Position numbers and translations under genes: made by a program. A stretch of 64,000 nucleotides of DNA from Callorhinchus milii (Eukaryota). Location: assembly GCF_018977255.1 (NCBI RefSeq), contig NW_024704742.1:73968001-74032000 (forward strand), written 5' to 3'. The stretch's first letter is position 1. Each line of letters starts with the position of its first letter. Under the pieces are notes generated by a model, which had not been told where the DNA came from, did not search any database, and saw only the letters and a program-made list of their open reading frames with translations. Shown piece after piece: positions 53,741 through 64,000 of the stretch.

Positions 53741-54732
53741 GGTAACTTGCCTTACAGCCAAGTGCATTGAGCCAGGTTGACAGACAAAATCAGTAACGCA
53801 CTGCTGATTTCTTAAGAAAACTGATTTACTTAATACATTATTTGCCATTTACTCAGTACACATCAGTTCAGCCACATTATGGATACTACATATTTCACTG
53901 TGACACACAAAATGAGAGTTCAATTACAGAGATCTTTTATAATTTAGCAAGACATAGGTTTATAAAGCAGTTTATACCAAACTTAATTGACTTCTAAGTA
54001 CTGTAACGTTACGATCAAATGTCTAGACAGCAGTAAAAGCTATCTTCAGAGAGCTAAGAAATTCATGTGTAACAATATTTGCATTACTAAAATATCTTTG
54101 CGTAAAACAGCAAACCATCTTACTGAAAAGTGCAAAATTAAAAACATTGTGCACCACAAATGTAGCACAATTTATGTTAAACCTCAAATTACTGTATTCT
54201 GACCAAAACTAAAACTAGCATTTAATCTGAACATTTTATATTCAAATACATATCATGAGGAAGAAAAACATACTCGCTTCATTTGTCTTGTAACACCAGC
54301 ATCACCTAGAAAATAGTGAACTGTTTTCAGATTGATATATTCTGTGACAAGTTCTGTATTAAGCACTGGACTGCGTAGGAAATGCACACATTTATATAAT
54401 GGGCATATTTGTGTACCTCTGTATAAAACAGTACAAAATAACTGAGTAGACAGGACCAGAACCTGAGTAATAATGGCTCCCTTTGGTTTCCACTGCATTA
54501 TCTAAACCATAGTTTGTTTAGTTATTTCTGCAACTTTTAAAGAAGCAGTTCTAATTTTGCTTTGTTTGGGCGTTTACATGTAAAGCTCCCTCTTACTTTC
54601 TTTCCAGTTTTACTTTTAATTTACATTATACAGGACTAGCAAATGCACATTCCAAAAGTAAGATAACATGTTGTAATTTCCAAATAATCATCAGCATGAA
54701 GCTGAAAATACATGACAGGATTTCAGACAATT

Positions 54733-55005
54733 TTACTCCTTCATTTCCTTCTCCTTCGGTAATCGTCCCAACATATAAAACTCTTTGTTTGGACGCATAT
54801 CAGTAAGATGAGCTATTCGGTTGGACATTGAGTAAAATGCAGCAATGACACCTATATCCCAGGCATCCTCACGATCAAATCCATGCGCCTCTAGCTTTTT
54901 AAAATTGTTTTCTCCGATATTTTCTCCACAGCTGACAGCAAGAGCAAAATCCAACATAGCACGTTGTCGGTCATCCAAGTCAGCCAAATGCCAGTTCACT
55001 GCCAC
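54733..55005 (-). CDS. AhpD-like peroxidase-related protein, exon 5 (VAVNWHLADLDDRQRAMLDFALAV...AWDIGVIAAFYSMSNRIAHLTDMRPNKEFYMLGR...*)
   Basis: catag acceptor, TAA stop; resembles the C-terminal half of bacterial AhpD/CMD 'uncharacterised peroxidase-related' proteins. Confidence 0.92.
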   Translation of the reverse strand: MAVNWHLADLDDRQRAMLDFALAVSCGENIGENNFKKLEAHGFDREDAWDIGVIAAFYSMSNRIAHLTDMRPNKEFYMLGRLPKEKEMKE

Positions 55006-55092
55006 CTATGAGAAGCAGCCAGAACAGAGAAAACGGTTTATAACCAGACATTTGGCTTTGCAAACGTGAATATTTCATTGCGTGGTACTTAC

Positions 55093-55223
55093 TTGATCTG
55101 CCAGAGTTGGGTTTTTGGAATATATGCGATGGACTGCACTGTGGGCAATCACACAGTATGGACAGCTATTATTAGCACTTGTTGCCACAATGATGAGTTC
55201 TCTATCTGCTTTGCTGAGTTGGC
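55093..55223 (-). CDS. AhpD-like protein, exon 4, catalytic core (LSKADRELIIVATSANNSCPYCVIAHSAVHRIYSKNPTLADQ)
   Basis: E-x11-CxxC-x3-H AhpD signature; tttag acceptor, CAA|gtaagt donor. Confidence 0.94.
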
Positions 55224-56257
55224 CTAAACAAAAATGGGAGACAAGACAAGGAAAATTATACACAATTATTTTTTGCAAGAATCGGATCTATTAAAAGCTC
55301 CTAGTGTCAATAGTTTACTCATAAATAATAATGTTTTCTACATTTGGGTAATTTCAATGGTGCTTTGAACCATTCATATGCAGAATTAACTGGTAGAGCA
55401 CTTCCAGTTAGGTTATGTTAAACTCACCTGTAGCATTAGAACTGGTGTCCTCTCCCCTCCTCAGTATCAATTCCCTAACCCCCTTTTCCTAGTTATGTTG
55501 AACATCTTAAGATGAGGATTTTGTTGTTGGCTCTGGTCCCTGAAGTCTTATTTTCCTCAAACTTGGACATCTGTTCTTCATTCATTCTCTCTCTTGCACA
55601 CGCACACACACGCGCACGCACACACGTGTATATTTTCATACTAGAGAAGTGCCTCTCAGGTTTGCAACTCTGGCTCCTGGACCCTTCCTTCCAGCCTTAT
55701 GCTCCTCCCCCCTACTACCCTGTATTCATGACATGTTTGGAAGCTGTTGCCACCAAAGTTGATCACGAAAATCAAAAGGATCGGAGGTATTTGCTGTGAT
55801 GGAGATGGTAGAGGAAGATGGAGATTGGTGAAAACATTAGGAAACAAATATACTGGCTACCAGGCTTAGATCTCAGGCCAGTGTCTGCTTGAAAGTAAAC
55901 TTTACAAGATTCTGCAAGCAGAGGTCTGCATCTCTCTAATTTGAGATGCCATGGCTTTACACCCACATCCCCTCCCACATCCCCCACTACACTAGCCCCG
56001 ACATCCCCTACCTCCCCCCCACTACACTGCCGCCCCTCCTCCATGGCTTTATGCAGACCCAAGGACACTGAAGGCCACAGAGACGATAAGAGAGTGTGGC
56101 AAGAATTAAATAACAGCACAGAACTCATGATAAAAAGCCTGGCTTTAGAGATACGTCTGGGACTGAACACCCTTTAACTTCAGGAGAATGGTTTCTCTGT
56201 CAGGTTTCTCACAGCTTTTTTTATAAAAAAAGAATGTTACCGAGAGACAAAATTTTT

Positions 56258-56335
56258 AAACCCAGCTGGTAGAACATTTTGTTTTAAAAGTGAAATATTT
56301 TACTTTTAAAACAAAATGTTCTACCAGCTGGGTTT
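56258..56335. repeat. 78-bp near-perfect palindrome
   Basis: 34-bp arms are exact reverse complements around the centre gaaatatttt. Confidence 0.95.
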
Positions 56336-56826
56336 CAAAAAACGTAGGCCAGTACCTGCAAAGAAACATGAAATCAGACTTCTCTACTCTTAGCAGAACA
56401 AAATATCTCATCAATATCTACTTGTGTATATTTAATAGAGTAAACCAGCTAAACCAGCTAAAGTAGAGTAAACAAGTTACGCACATGCTCAACAATGCAG
56501 CATCACTGAGTCTCATTTGCAAATAAACTCTTGAAGAGTAAATAAGCTAAAGTTCTCCATTAAAACAAAAGGTTGCAGTAATTGGTAAAGCATTAGTAAT
56601 TAAAGGCAGAATAATAACCATTTATACCATGTACAATGACATACATTTCTCAATGTCCCTAAAAGACATAGCCATTCAGATTTTGATCAAATAAAACCAC
56701 TATTTTACCTCTTTCAACTCTCAGTGCTTTTTTTCCCAATACTGCATTTTTTCAAACATAAAACACGTAGACTGAAAAATACGACAGTTGAGTGAGCTCT
56801 GGATTTGGGGATAACTTTCACCATAC

Positions 56827-56926
56827 CTGCTTCTTTATTCATAAGTGCATTGTAGTAGGCAAAGAAGGCTCGAAATTCAGTCGGTCGATGTGAAAGCACT
56901 TTAAATACATTTGGCAAAAAACCACT
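56827..56926 (-). CDS. AhpD-like protein, exon 3 (SGFLPNVFKVLSHRPTEFRAFFAYYNALMNKEAG)
   Basis: tttcag acceptor, G|gtatgg donor; 'GF.PNVF..L.HRP.EFRAFFAY..ALM' family motif. Confidence 0.93.
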
Positions 56927-58539
56927 CTGAAAACGAGTAATGTGAATATACCATTAGTAAACACATCAGATTCAATACACATTTCTACAGACTGCTTTTT
57001 TAAAAGTACAATTTAAATGATAAACAAGGGAAAATAGATACTACTGGAGAAAGCGGGAGAGCAAAATAGAGAGGGACATCAGGACAGACACCCAGAGAGA
57101 GAGATGTAGAGGAAGAGAAGTAAGAATCAGACAGTCATCTTAACAAAGCCAATGGAAAGGTAGATAGAGATGAAGAGTTTCCATAACCAAATAATCTGGT
57201 TTGAGAGGTGACGTGAAAGGATCTGTACAAATGTAATTTGTTGCTGTTGAAAAGACTGAAGTTATTGAAGAAAGGTCATTTTATCCTCTCCTCTCAAAAA
57301 AAACCCTAATCTTTCCAACATGCTAATTAAACACAAGTACAATCCCATAGCACAGGGTGGTCCAACCTTTTGGCTGCCGTGGGCCGGATTCCCTATTTGA
57401 GAAAAGGCCGCGGGTTGCATTCAGGGCGGTCCAGCACACTCTGGTGTCCTCAAGCCTCTTGCCTCCGAGGCCTAAAACTCTCCAGAATTAGGTAAGCGGG
57501 ATGTGTCCCTCCAGGGAGAGTGTGCATTACATTCCAACAATCTATCTCTGAGATTTCCACGTGTAGGTGGGATGCATGGAAATCTCAGTTTGGTTTGGAT
57601 ACTCTTAAGCATGGGGATGGGTTTCCACATGTGTCAGACACCCGGATGAATGAAGAAAGCATGAAACATTGAAGAGTTAAAATACAAGTTCTATATGTAA
57701 ATACTGCTGGATGCAATGTGACATTTAAATATACCACTCATATCTCCTGTCACCAGGGGCTGAGGAGAGCACTGTGCTTGCATTGTTAAGTGTATGTACA
57801 GAGACCTCTACTAATCACCATTAGTTTAATAATATTGAAAGATATTCCTTTTTGGTGGACCACTCAAAAGGCTTTTAATGGGCTATTTTTGTGCAGATGA
57901 TGAATGGATGTACAATGCTACAGTGATGTGAACTAATTAGTCTAATTCCTCATGTAGTTTTCAGCCAAACTCCAGGGCAAATCAGTTCACAACTATGCAT
58001 CTCAAACCCAATTAATAAAGATTTTGCAACATTTTGTTGCAATTTCCAGTCCAACCAATATAAATAAGGCATTAAGGCAGTTTTTAAAATCTACTTATTT
58101 TGCAGCAGAATACATTCAAATGCAATTTCAACTGAGATTTACAGTTATACTAAAATGTTTTATTTTATGTTTATTTAAAGAAACACTTTAAAAAAAACTA
58201 TCAGAGGTAGTGACTGTTGGCAAACAGGACAGCTATTGGATTCAGCAAAGCCACAAAACTGCCATGGTGTGAAATTCTAATTAATCTGGAGGAAAACTAG
58301 CTAGAACGGAGAATTTGCATTTTCACTGCAATAGCATCTTTAATGATCACCTGAAAAACAGAATGATAAGATCTGTCTAACCTCTTTGTAAATATATTAA
58401 ATGTATTAAGAGAGCAATGCATGTTGAAAATGCTTTCAGCATGCATTGCTCCCTTAATACATTTTTCAAATGGTTAAAATTTATTTTTAGTGAACTATTT
58501 CTGAGAAAGAAAGGGAAGAATCTTAGTTCTGGTAAACAG

Positions 58540-58850
58540 AGCTTAGTATCCTGGAACCATAGGAATTCATTTGGCCCATCGTATCTGTGCTGGCTCCCTC
58601 AAGAGCAATCCTTCCAGTCCCACCTACCTGCTCTTTCCCCATATCCCTGTATCTGACTGTTTTTAAGGTATTTGTCGAATTCCCTTTTGAAGCACAATAT
58701 GAATTTTGCCTCAACTACCACTCCTGGCAGGGTATGCCATATCTTAACTACTCTGTGCATGAAAACATTTCTCCATTTGCTCATTTACTATTTCAATCGT
58801 TATCCTCTAGCTACTGACACTCCTATAATTAACTTCAAATGGTTCCAGGT
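58540..58850 (-). mobile_element. CR1 3' fragment
   Basis: RNVFMHRVVKIWHTLPGVVVEA...FKREFDKYL...QGYGERAG. Confidence 0.85.
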
Positions 58851-59185
58851 CCGTCATAGTAAAGAATAACAAAGCATTTTATCCCCAACTTCAGAAGAAC
58901 ATCTTCAATTACATGAGTGTGATATTAATACTTTCTACCTAAGCTGCCTGCATGCGTGTGTGGGTTGGTGAAAAGGCCACTGACCCCAGTGTCACTAACA
59001 TTGTCACCAGGTGGTGTGCAAACTTTCCAGAGATCGAGTCAGAGCAGTGGAAAATCTCACCAGGATCAATGGTGAACAACAAATTTCAAAATCTTTTTAT
59101 GTTCCACAACTTAAATGTAAAACTCAGCACGAACATCCAATAAAGCACCAAACATACTTAATACAGAATAAATAATAATACTCAC

Positions 59186-59359
59186 TTTAGTTTCAATCTC
59201 CTCCATGAGTTCAACAATATCATAGGGGAGATCCTTTTTATATGGGATGGGATATCGCCCAATGGTTTGTTCAGGTTCCGATGACTTTGTGCAGTATTCC
59301 ATTGAGCTTGCAGGAAGGTTCATTGGTCTTGTCCATCGTGAGGTCAACCCAATCAAAGG
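59186..59359 (-). CDS. AhpD-like protein, exon 2 (PLIGLTSRWTRPMNL...IGRYPIPYKKDLPYDIVELMEEIETK)
   Basis: ttgtag acceptor, AAA|gtgagt donor; phase 0-0; 'I.RYP.P...DLP.DI' resembles the N-terminus of bacterial homologues. Confidence 0.88.
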
Positions 59360-60364
59360 CTACAACGTAAATGATGAAAGAACAATGACAAAAGACGACA
59401 GCAAATCCACCCTTTCATTCTTACAACCCACACTTGTTGAATAATAATAATCCTTGCATTTTATATAGCACTTTTCACATCTTCTAGACGTCTCAAAGCT
59501 CTTAATGTCAACTAATGGGGCGGGGGGAGATAAGCAAGGTTTCTTTGGAGCTGAACTGGCTCCAAGGTGACATGATGGCAATGGAATGTCAGAATCGAGC
59601 CAGGCCTCAGTGACAGACTTGATAGTCCAGTTCCAGATCCAGGTACGTCTGCAATATTCCAGGGCACTGCTGATGACAGCACAGACAGCCTGATTCATCA
59701 GCAGGAATTGGAAGGGCAGACCAGTCACTGGCCAGAGGTTCTTCGCATTCAGCTCCTGTTAACCCTGTAAGTCAAAGCCTCAACAAGCTGGGTCCTTAGT
59801 GGTCCTAATTGGACAAAGCTTTGTTTTTTTTAGCTGGTTAGATTGCAGCAGTACCCAATGCTTAGACAGTATGTCATTTATCTCTGAGATATTCCTTTAC
59901 CTATATTTTCTCTTGTAATTAGGAAGCACATTTAAAAATGTGTGTTTCATATTTGGACCATGCAACAATAATGCTGGATAATATCTCAGAACACTGTACA
60001 GACAAGATGAGGAAGTCCTAGGGCTGCAAAGTATTTGTAGGGGAGAGTAAGGACCTTGAAATAATCTACTGAGAGCCAGAAGAGCTTGGCAAGGACTGGA
60101 GCGATGGGCATGAGAAATTTGGTGTGGTAGAGGAAGCAGGCATTGGCACAATACAAAATATTGCAACATTACAAGATTCTGTCAATGTATGTTGAGGTTT
60201 CAGCAAGAATCAGGTCGTGGACTAACTTTCTCCAGTTGAATGTCAATATTTTGTATGTGTATTGTTTTCAGTGGATTAAATATTTAAAAAAATCTAGTTC
60301 TCAATTAAACTACTGTAGTCATAAGATAATGAATACAGTATGCAGCCCAGTGTCATGTGAGAGC

Positions 60365-61310
60365 CGCATTATAGTTTAGTCAGTCGCACTCCCACCTCTG
60401 AGTCAGTCGATTTTAGGTTGGGACTTTTGAGTTCAGTCTAAGCTGATACTCCAGTGCTGTTCTTGGAGAGAGCTACTGTCTGAGGTATCTGATACATTGA
60501 ACCAATTTTCCACCCACACATCCCGGTGGATATTAAAGATCCCATGGTACTAGTTGAAAAGACAAGGAAGTTTCTCCCCCGTGTCCTGGCCAACAATCTC
60601 CCTCCACCCTCGACTCGAGGACCACTGCTGTCCTAACGGATTGTCAGTCACACATTAAGTCCTGTATGAGCGCTAACTTTTTCTAGTTGAATGTCAACAA
60701 GACCATGGCCCTACCGCTTGGCTCCTGTCAGCGCCTCCACACCTCAGGTGCTGACGCCATCGCACTCCATGGATGCACACTCCACCTCCCTGGGCCAGCG
60801 TGGAACCTTGGCATCTGGTTTAAACCACATCCGTGCCATGACCTGTTCTGCCTTCACCCACCTCCGCAACTCCGCCACTGCCTCTCCCCTCATGCCAAGA
60901 CATCTAGGCTCAACTATGCTAACTCCCTGCTTGTTGGTCTTCCCAACTCTTCCCTGTACAAGCAGCAGATCATTCAGAACGCTGCAGCTCGTGTCCTCTC
61001 CTGAACCAAGCTCCGTGACCTCATCACCTCCACCCTCGCCCGGCTCAACGGGCTCCCCATCCCCAGAGGATACAGTTCAAAATCCTCGTCGTCGCCTTCA
61101 AAGCTCCTCCCTACCCTCTGTGACCTGCAAACTCCATATAGACCCGTCCGCTCCCTCTGCTCAGCGGGCTCCAGCCACTCCACCATCGGAGGTCAGGCCA
61201 TCAGACATCCTGCCCCCCCCCCCATCCTTTGAACTGGTGTCCAAATGGTGACCGTCCAGCGCCTCGGGATGTCCTCCTGCCATGAAAGGTGCTGTCACAG
61301 GTGTGACTTG
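60365..61310 (+). mobile_element. Deu SINE 5' part (~60365-60598) joined to an L2 3' fragment (~60598-61310)
   Basis: Deu core up to gtgtcctggccaacaat, then SRLNYANSLL, QNAAAR and an L2 tail. Confidence 0.8.
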
Positions 61311-61339
61311 ATGTAGTGACTGTTAGTAATTGTTCAGTG

Positions 61340-61695
61340 GCCCTGCCCTGCCCTGCCCGCCTGCCCTACCCTGCCCTGCCTGCCCTGCCCGCCTGCCCTG
61401 CCGCCCTGCCCTGCTTGCCTGCCCTGCCTGCCCTGCTTGCCTGCCCTCCCTCCCTGCCCTCCCCTGCCTGCCCTGCCCTCCTTGCCCTGCCCTCCCTGCC
61501 TGCCCTGCCTGCCCTGCCCTGCTTGCCCTGCCCTCCCTGCCTGCCCGCCCTGCCTGCCCGCCCTGCCTGCCCTGCCCTGCTTGCCCTGCCCTGCCTGCCC
61601 TCCCTGCCTGCCCTGCTTGCCTGCCCTCCCTGCCCTGCCTGCCCTCCTGCCCTCCCTGCCCTCCCTCCCTGCCTGCCCTCCCTGCCTGCCCTGCA
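61340..61695. repeat. (CCTG/CCCTG)n satellite in intron 1 of the AhpD-like gene
   Basis: Direct reading. Confidence 0.95.
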
Positions 61696-61878
61696 GACAC
61701 AGTGACCGCGGCACCGCCGCTCGCTCCCCTTCAGCCCTCTCAAGGTGAGGGGCGATCACACGCACGTTGTGATCTATCACCGCGGACACAGACACAGCCC
61801 CACTGTCGGCCGAGCGGGGAGGCCCGGGGGCCCCGGGGGGGGGACAGGCTCTCAGCCACACACTCTGAAGCTACTCAC

Positions 61879-61920
61879 AGACGCGGCGCGGACAGCGGCC
61901 AGGCAGCGGGCCCGGTACAT
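61879..61920 (-). CDS. AhpD-like protein, exon 1 (MYRARCLAAVRAAS)
   Basis: GCCGCCATG Kozak context in a CpG-rich patch; TCT|gtgagt donor; 42 nt, phase 0, in frame with exon 2. Confidence 0.82.
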
Positions 61921-61991
61921 GGCGGCCTGGTCCCGGCCTCCCCTCCGGCAGTGACTGACTGCCTGAGCAACTGCATCCGGGAGCAAACCCC

Positions 61992-62250
61992 GCCTGACCC
62001 CTCCCCCTGACTCCTCCCCTCCCCTGACCCCTCCCCCTTCCCCTCCCCCTGACCCCTCCCCCCCTCCCCCTGACCCCTCCTCCCCCTCCCCCTGACCCCT
62101 CCCCCTGACCGCTCCTCCCCTCCCCCTGACCCTGACCCCTCCCCCTCCCCCTGACCCTCCCCCTGACCGCTCCCCCCTCCCCCTGACCCCTCCCCCCCCT
62201 CCCCCTCCCCCTGACCCCTCCCCCTCCCCCCGCCTGACCCCTCCCGCCCC
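61992..62250. repeat. C-rich (CCCCT/CTGACCCCT)n repeat upstream of the AhpD-like start codon
   Basis: Direct reading. Confidence 0.95.
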
Positions 62251-62577
62251 TATATAAAAACATACAGCACACACGCATTGCACTGTGTTAAGCTATAGAA
62301 TACGCTCAATAGAAAATATTAAGCATTTAACTCCATTTCCATTAACCATATATATTTCACTCACAAAATGCACAGTCACTGCACTCTACAGTATATTCCG
62401 TGAAGTGCTTTCACACGTCTTGAAGACCCGATAAGGCGCTCTATCAAATGCAAGGATTATTAGTATGATATGAATATTAAAATGTTAAACGTTTACAGAG
62501 AAATAGGAATTGTGGCTGATTTTCCCTGCTGTTGGCAGCACAGAAACCCGATTGGAGAAGCTCATGGTGGGAGTTAG

Positions 62578-63075
62578 TAGTGTGACCATGTACAGTGTCC
62601 AGTCTGACCATGTACAGTGTGACCAGGTACAGTGTGACCGTGTACAGTGTAGAGTGTGACCAGGTACAGTGTGATCATGTACAGTGTACAGTGTGACCAT
62701 GTACGGTGTGACCATGTACAGTGTAGAGTGTGACCAGGTACAGTGTGACCATGTACAGTGTACAGTGTGAGCAGGTACAGTGCGACCATGTACAGTGTAC
62801 AGTGTGACCATGTACAGTGTACAGTGTGTCCAGGTACAGTGTGACCATGTACAGTGTACACTGTGACCATGTACAGTGTGACCAGGTACAGTGTATATGT
62901 GACCATGTACAGTGTACAGTGTGACCAGGTACAGTGTACAGTGTGACCAGGTATAGTGTGACCATGTACATTGCATAGTGTGACCATGTGCAGTGTGACC
63001 AGGTACAGTGTACAGTGTGACCAGGTACATTGCACAGTGTGACCATGTACAGTGTAGAGTGTGACCAATGTACTG
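62578..63075. repeat. Minisatellite of 15-bp (gtgtgaccatgtaca) and 7-bp (gtgtaca) units
   Basis: Direct reading; abuts the ETS motif at 63081. Confidence 0.95.
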
Positions 63076-63080
63076 TCTGA

Positions 63081-63179
63081 CCGGAAGTCACCTTGTGACC
63101 GATGTAAAGACTACATCTCCCATGAAGCCCCGCGGGCGGAGTGGTCGCGCAGGCGCACTGCGAGTAAAGAAGATGGCGG
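63081..63179 (+). promoter_or_regulatory. Compact housekeeping-type promoter
   Basis: CCGGAAGT (ETS/GABPA, 63081), ACTACATCTCCCATGAAGCC (ZNF143/THAP11, 63110), GGGCGGAG (Sp1, 63134), GCGCAGGCGC (NRF1, 63147), AAGATGGCGG (YY1, 63170). Confidence 0.8.
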
Positions 63180-63210
63180 ATGTGCCGGGGAAGCAGTTGA
63201 TGCAGAGAAG
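63173..63210 (+). CDS. First coding exon of an unidentified gene (MADVPGKQLMQR...), continuing beyond the window
   Basis: AAGATGG strong Kozak context directly after the promoter motifs; AAG|gtgaga donor; too short to identify. Confidence 0.6.
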
Positions 63211-63388
63211 GTGAGAGGCGGCGGCTGCTCACTGTGTGCTCCCCGGGCAGGGCATCCCGGGCCGGGCATCCCGGGCCGGACTGGCACCAGGCGAGGCCGT
63301 GTCTGTTAATGAAGCAGTTTGTGTTGTCCATACACTGCGCTGCCCTCCCTGACTCTGCTCTGAATGTCCCGGCATTCATCTCACATCC

Positions 63389-63389
<1 letters not shown>

Positions 63390-63419
<30 letters not shown>

Positions 63420-64000
63420 TACATTTGTAAAGCGCCTTTCACGTCTGGAGGGGGAGGGGAAGGTGGTGGCTGATGGCATGGTCGAAGAGGAGGGTCTTGA
63501 AGCGGGACTTGAAGGAGGTTAGGGAGAGGGTGAGGCGGAGTGATTGGGGGATGGAGTTCCAGAGGTTGGGAGCAGAGTGGCTGAAGGCTCTCTCACCAAT
63601 GGTGGGGCGGGTGGGTCGGGGGATGTGGAGCAGGACAGAGCCGGCTGAGCGGAGGGAGCGGGCGGGTTGGTAGGGGGTTAGGAGGTCACAGAAGTAGGGT
63701 GGGGCGAGACCATGGAGGGCTTTGTAGGAGAGGACCAGGATCTTGAACTGGATCCTCTGAAGGATAGGGAGCCAATGGAGTCGGACGAGAATGGGGGAGA
63801 TGGGGTCACGGAGTTTGGTGCGGGAGAGGACACGGGCTGCAGAGTTCTGGATTATCTGCAGTCTGTGGAGGGAGGAGTTGGGAAGGCCGACAAGCAGGGA
63901 GTTTGCATAGTCGAGCCCGGAGGCAATGAAGGCATGAACAAGAGTTTCAGCAGCCTGAGGGGTGAGGTAGTGGCGGAGTCAGGAGATGTTACGGGGGTGA
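63390..64000 (-). mobile_element. L2 LINE 3' portion, running out of the window
   Basis: (AAC)n tail; reverse-strand SGLDYANSLL, QNSAAR, LHWLP, AFSHSAPNLWNSIP. Confidence 0.9.

Noticed and set aside
54733..59359. Bacterial contamination as the source of the AhpD-like sequence
   Set aside because: The gene has four GT-AG introns, with host CR1, L2 and SINE repeats in the larger ones, and is contiguous with vertebrate genes
59660..59710. Hammerhead ribozyme suggested by CTGATGA in the unclassified repeat (also ~52462 and ~33925)
   Set aside because: No correctly placed GAAA core; in the repeat copies CTGATGA is paired within a simple stem
62251..62260. TATA box (tatataaaaa)
   Set aside because: It points toward + but lies about 900 bp from the + gene, at a repeat boundary, with no supporting initiator
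62578..63075. CRISPR-like array (also considered for 37338-37472)
   Set aside because: No unique spacers and no cas genes; ordinary minisatellites
61316..63379. Repetitive ORFs (PALPCL, GQAGR, GGGEG, HCTWS/VTLYT)
   Set aside because: They are translations of simple tandem repeats with no splice or homology support

Overview
This is eukaryotic, intron-rich vertebrate DNA. The SINE/LINE repertoire suggests a cartilaginous fish, possibly a holocephalan (inference). I reconstructed four genes by reading splice sites and checking exon phase. (1) The last 12 coding exons of diacylglycerol kinase theta (DGKQ, + strand, 960-21387), followed by a probable ~4.5 kb 3' UTR. (2) A complete 7-exon DCAF10/WDR32 gene (- strand, 48406->32057, 478 aa), convergent with DGKQ. 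(3) A complete 5-exon gene (- strand, 61920->54733, 239 aa) for a bacterial-type AhpD/carboxymuconolactone-decarboxylase-like 'peroxidase-related' protein with a CPYC..H motif and a presequence-like N-terminus; this is the most unusual coding element here. (4) The first exon of an unidentified divergent gene (+ strand, 63173-63210) behind a compact ETS/ZNF143/Sp1/NRF1/YY1 promoter. Introns and intergenic DNA are packed with L2 and CR1 LINE fragments, tRNA-derived Deu-type SINEs, tail-only retroinsertions, a nested DNA transposon with 8-bp target-site duplication (TSD), an unclassified hairpin-rich repeat, palindromes and GC-rich tandem repeats next to the first exons. Most ORFs in the supplied track are LINE remnants or repeat artefacts. 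All homology calls are from recall, not from a database search.
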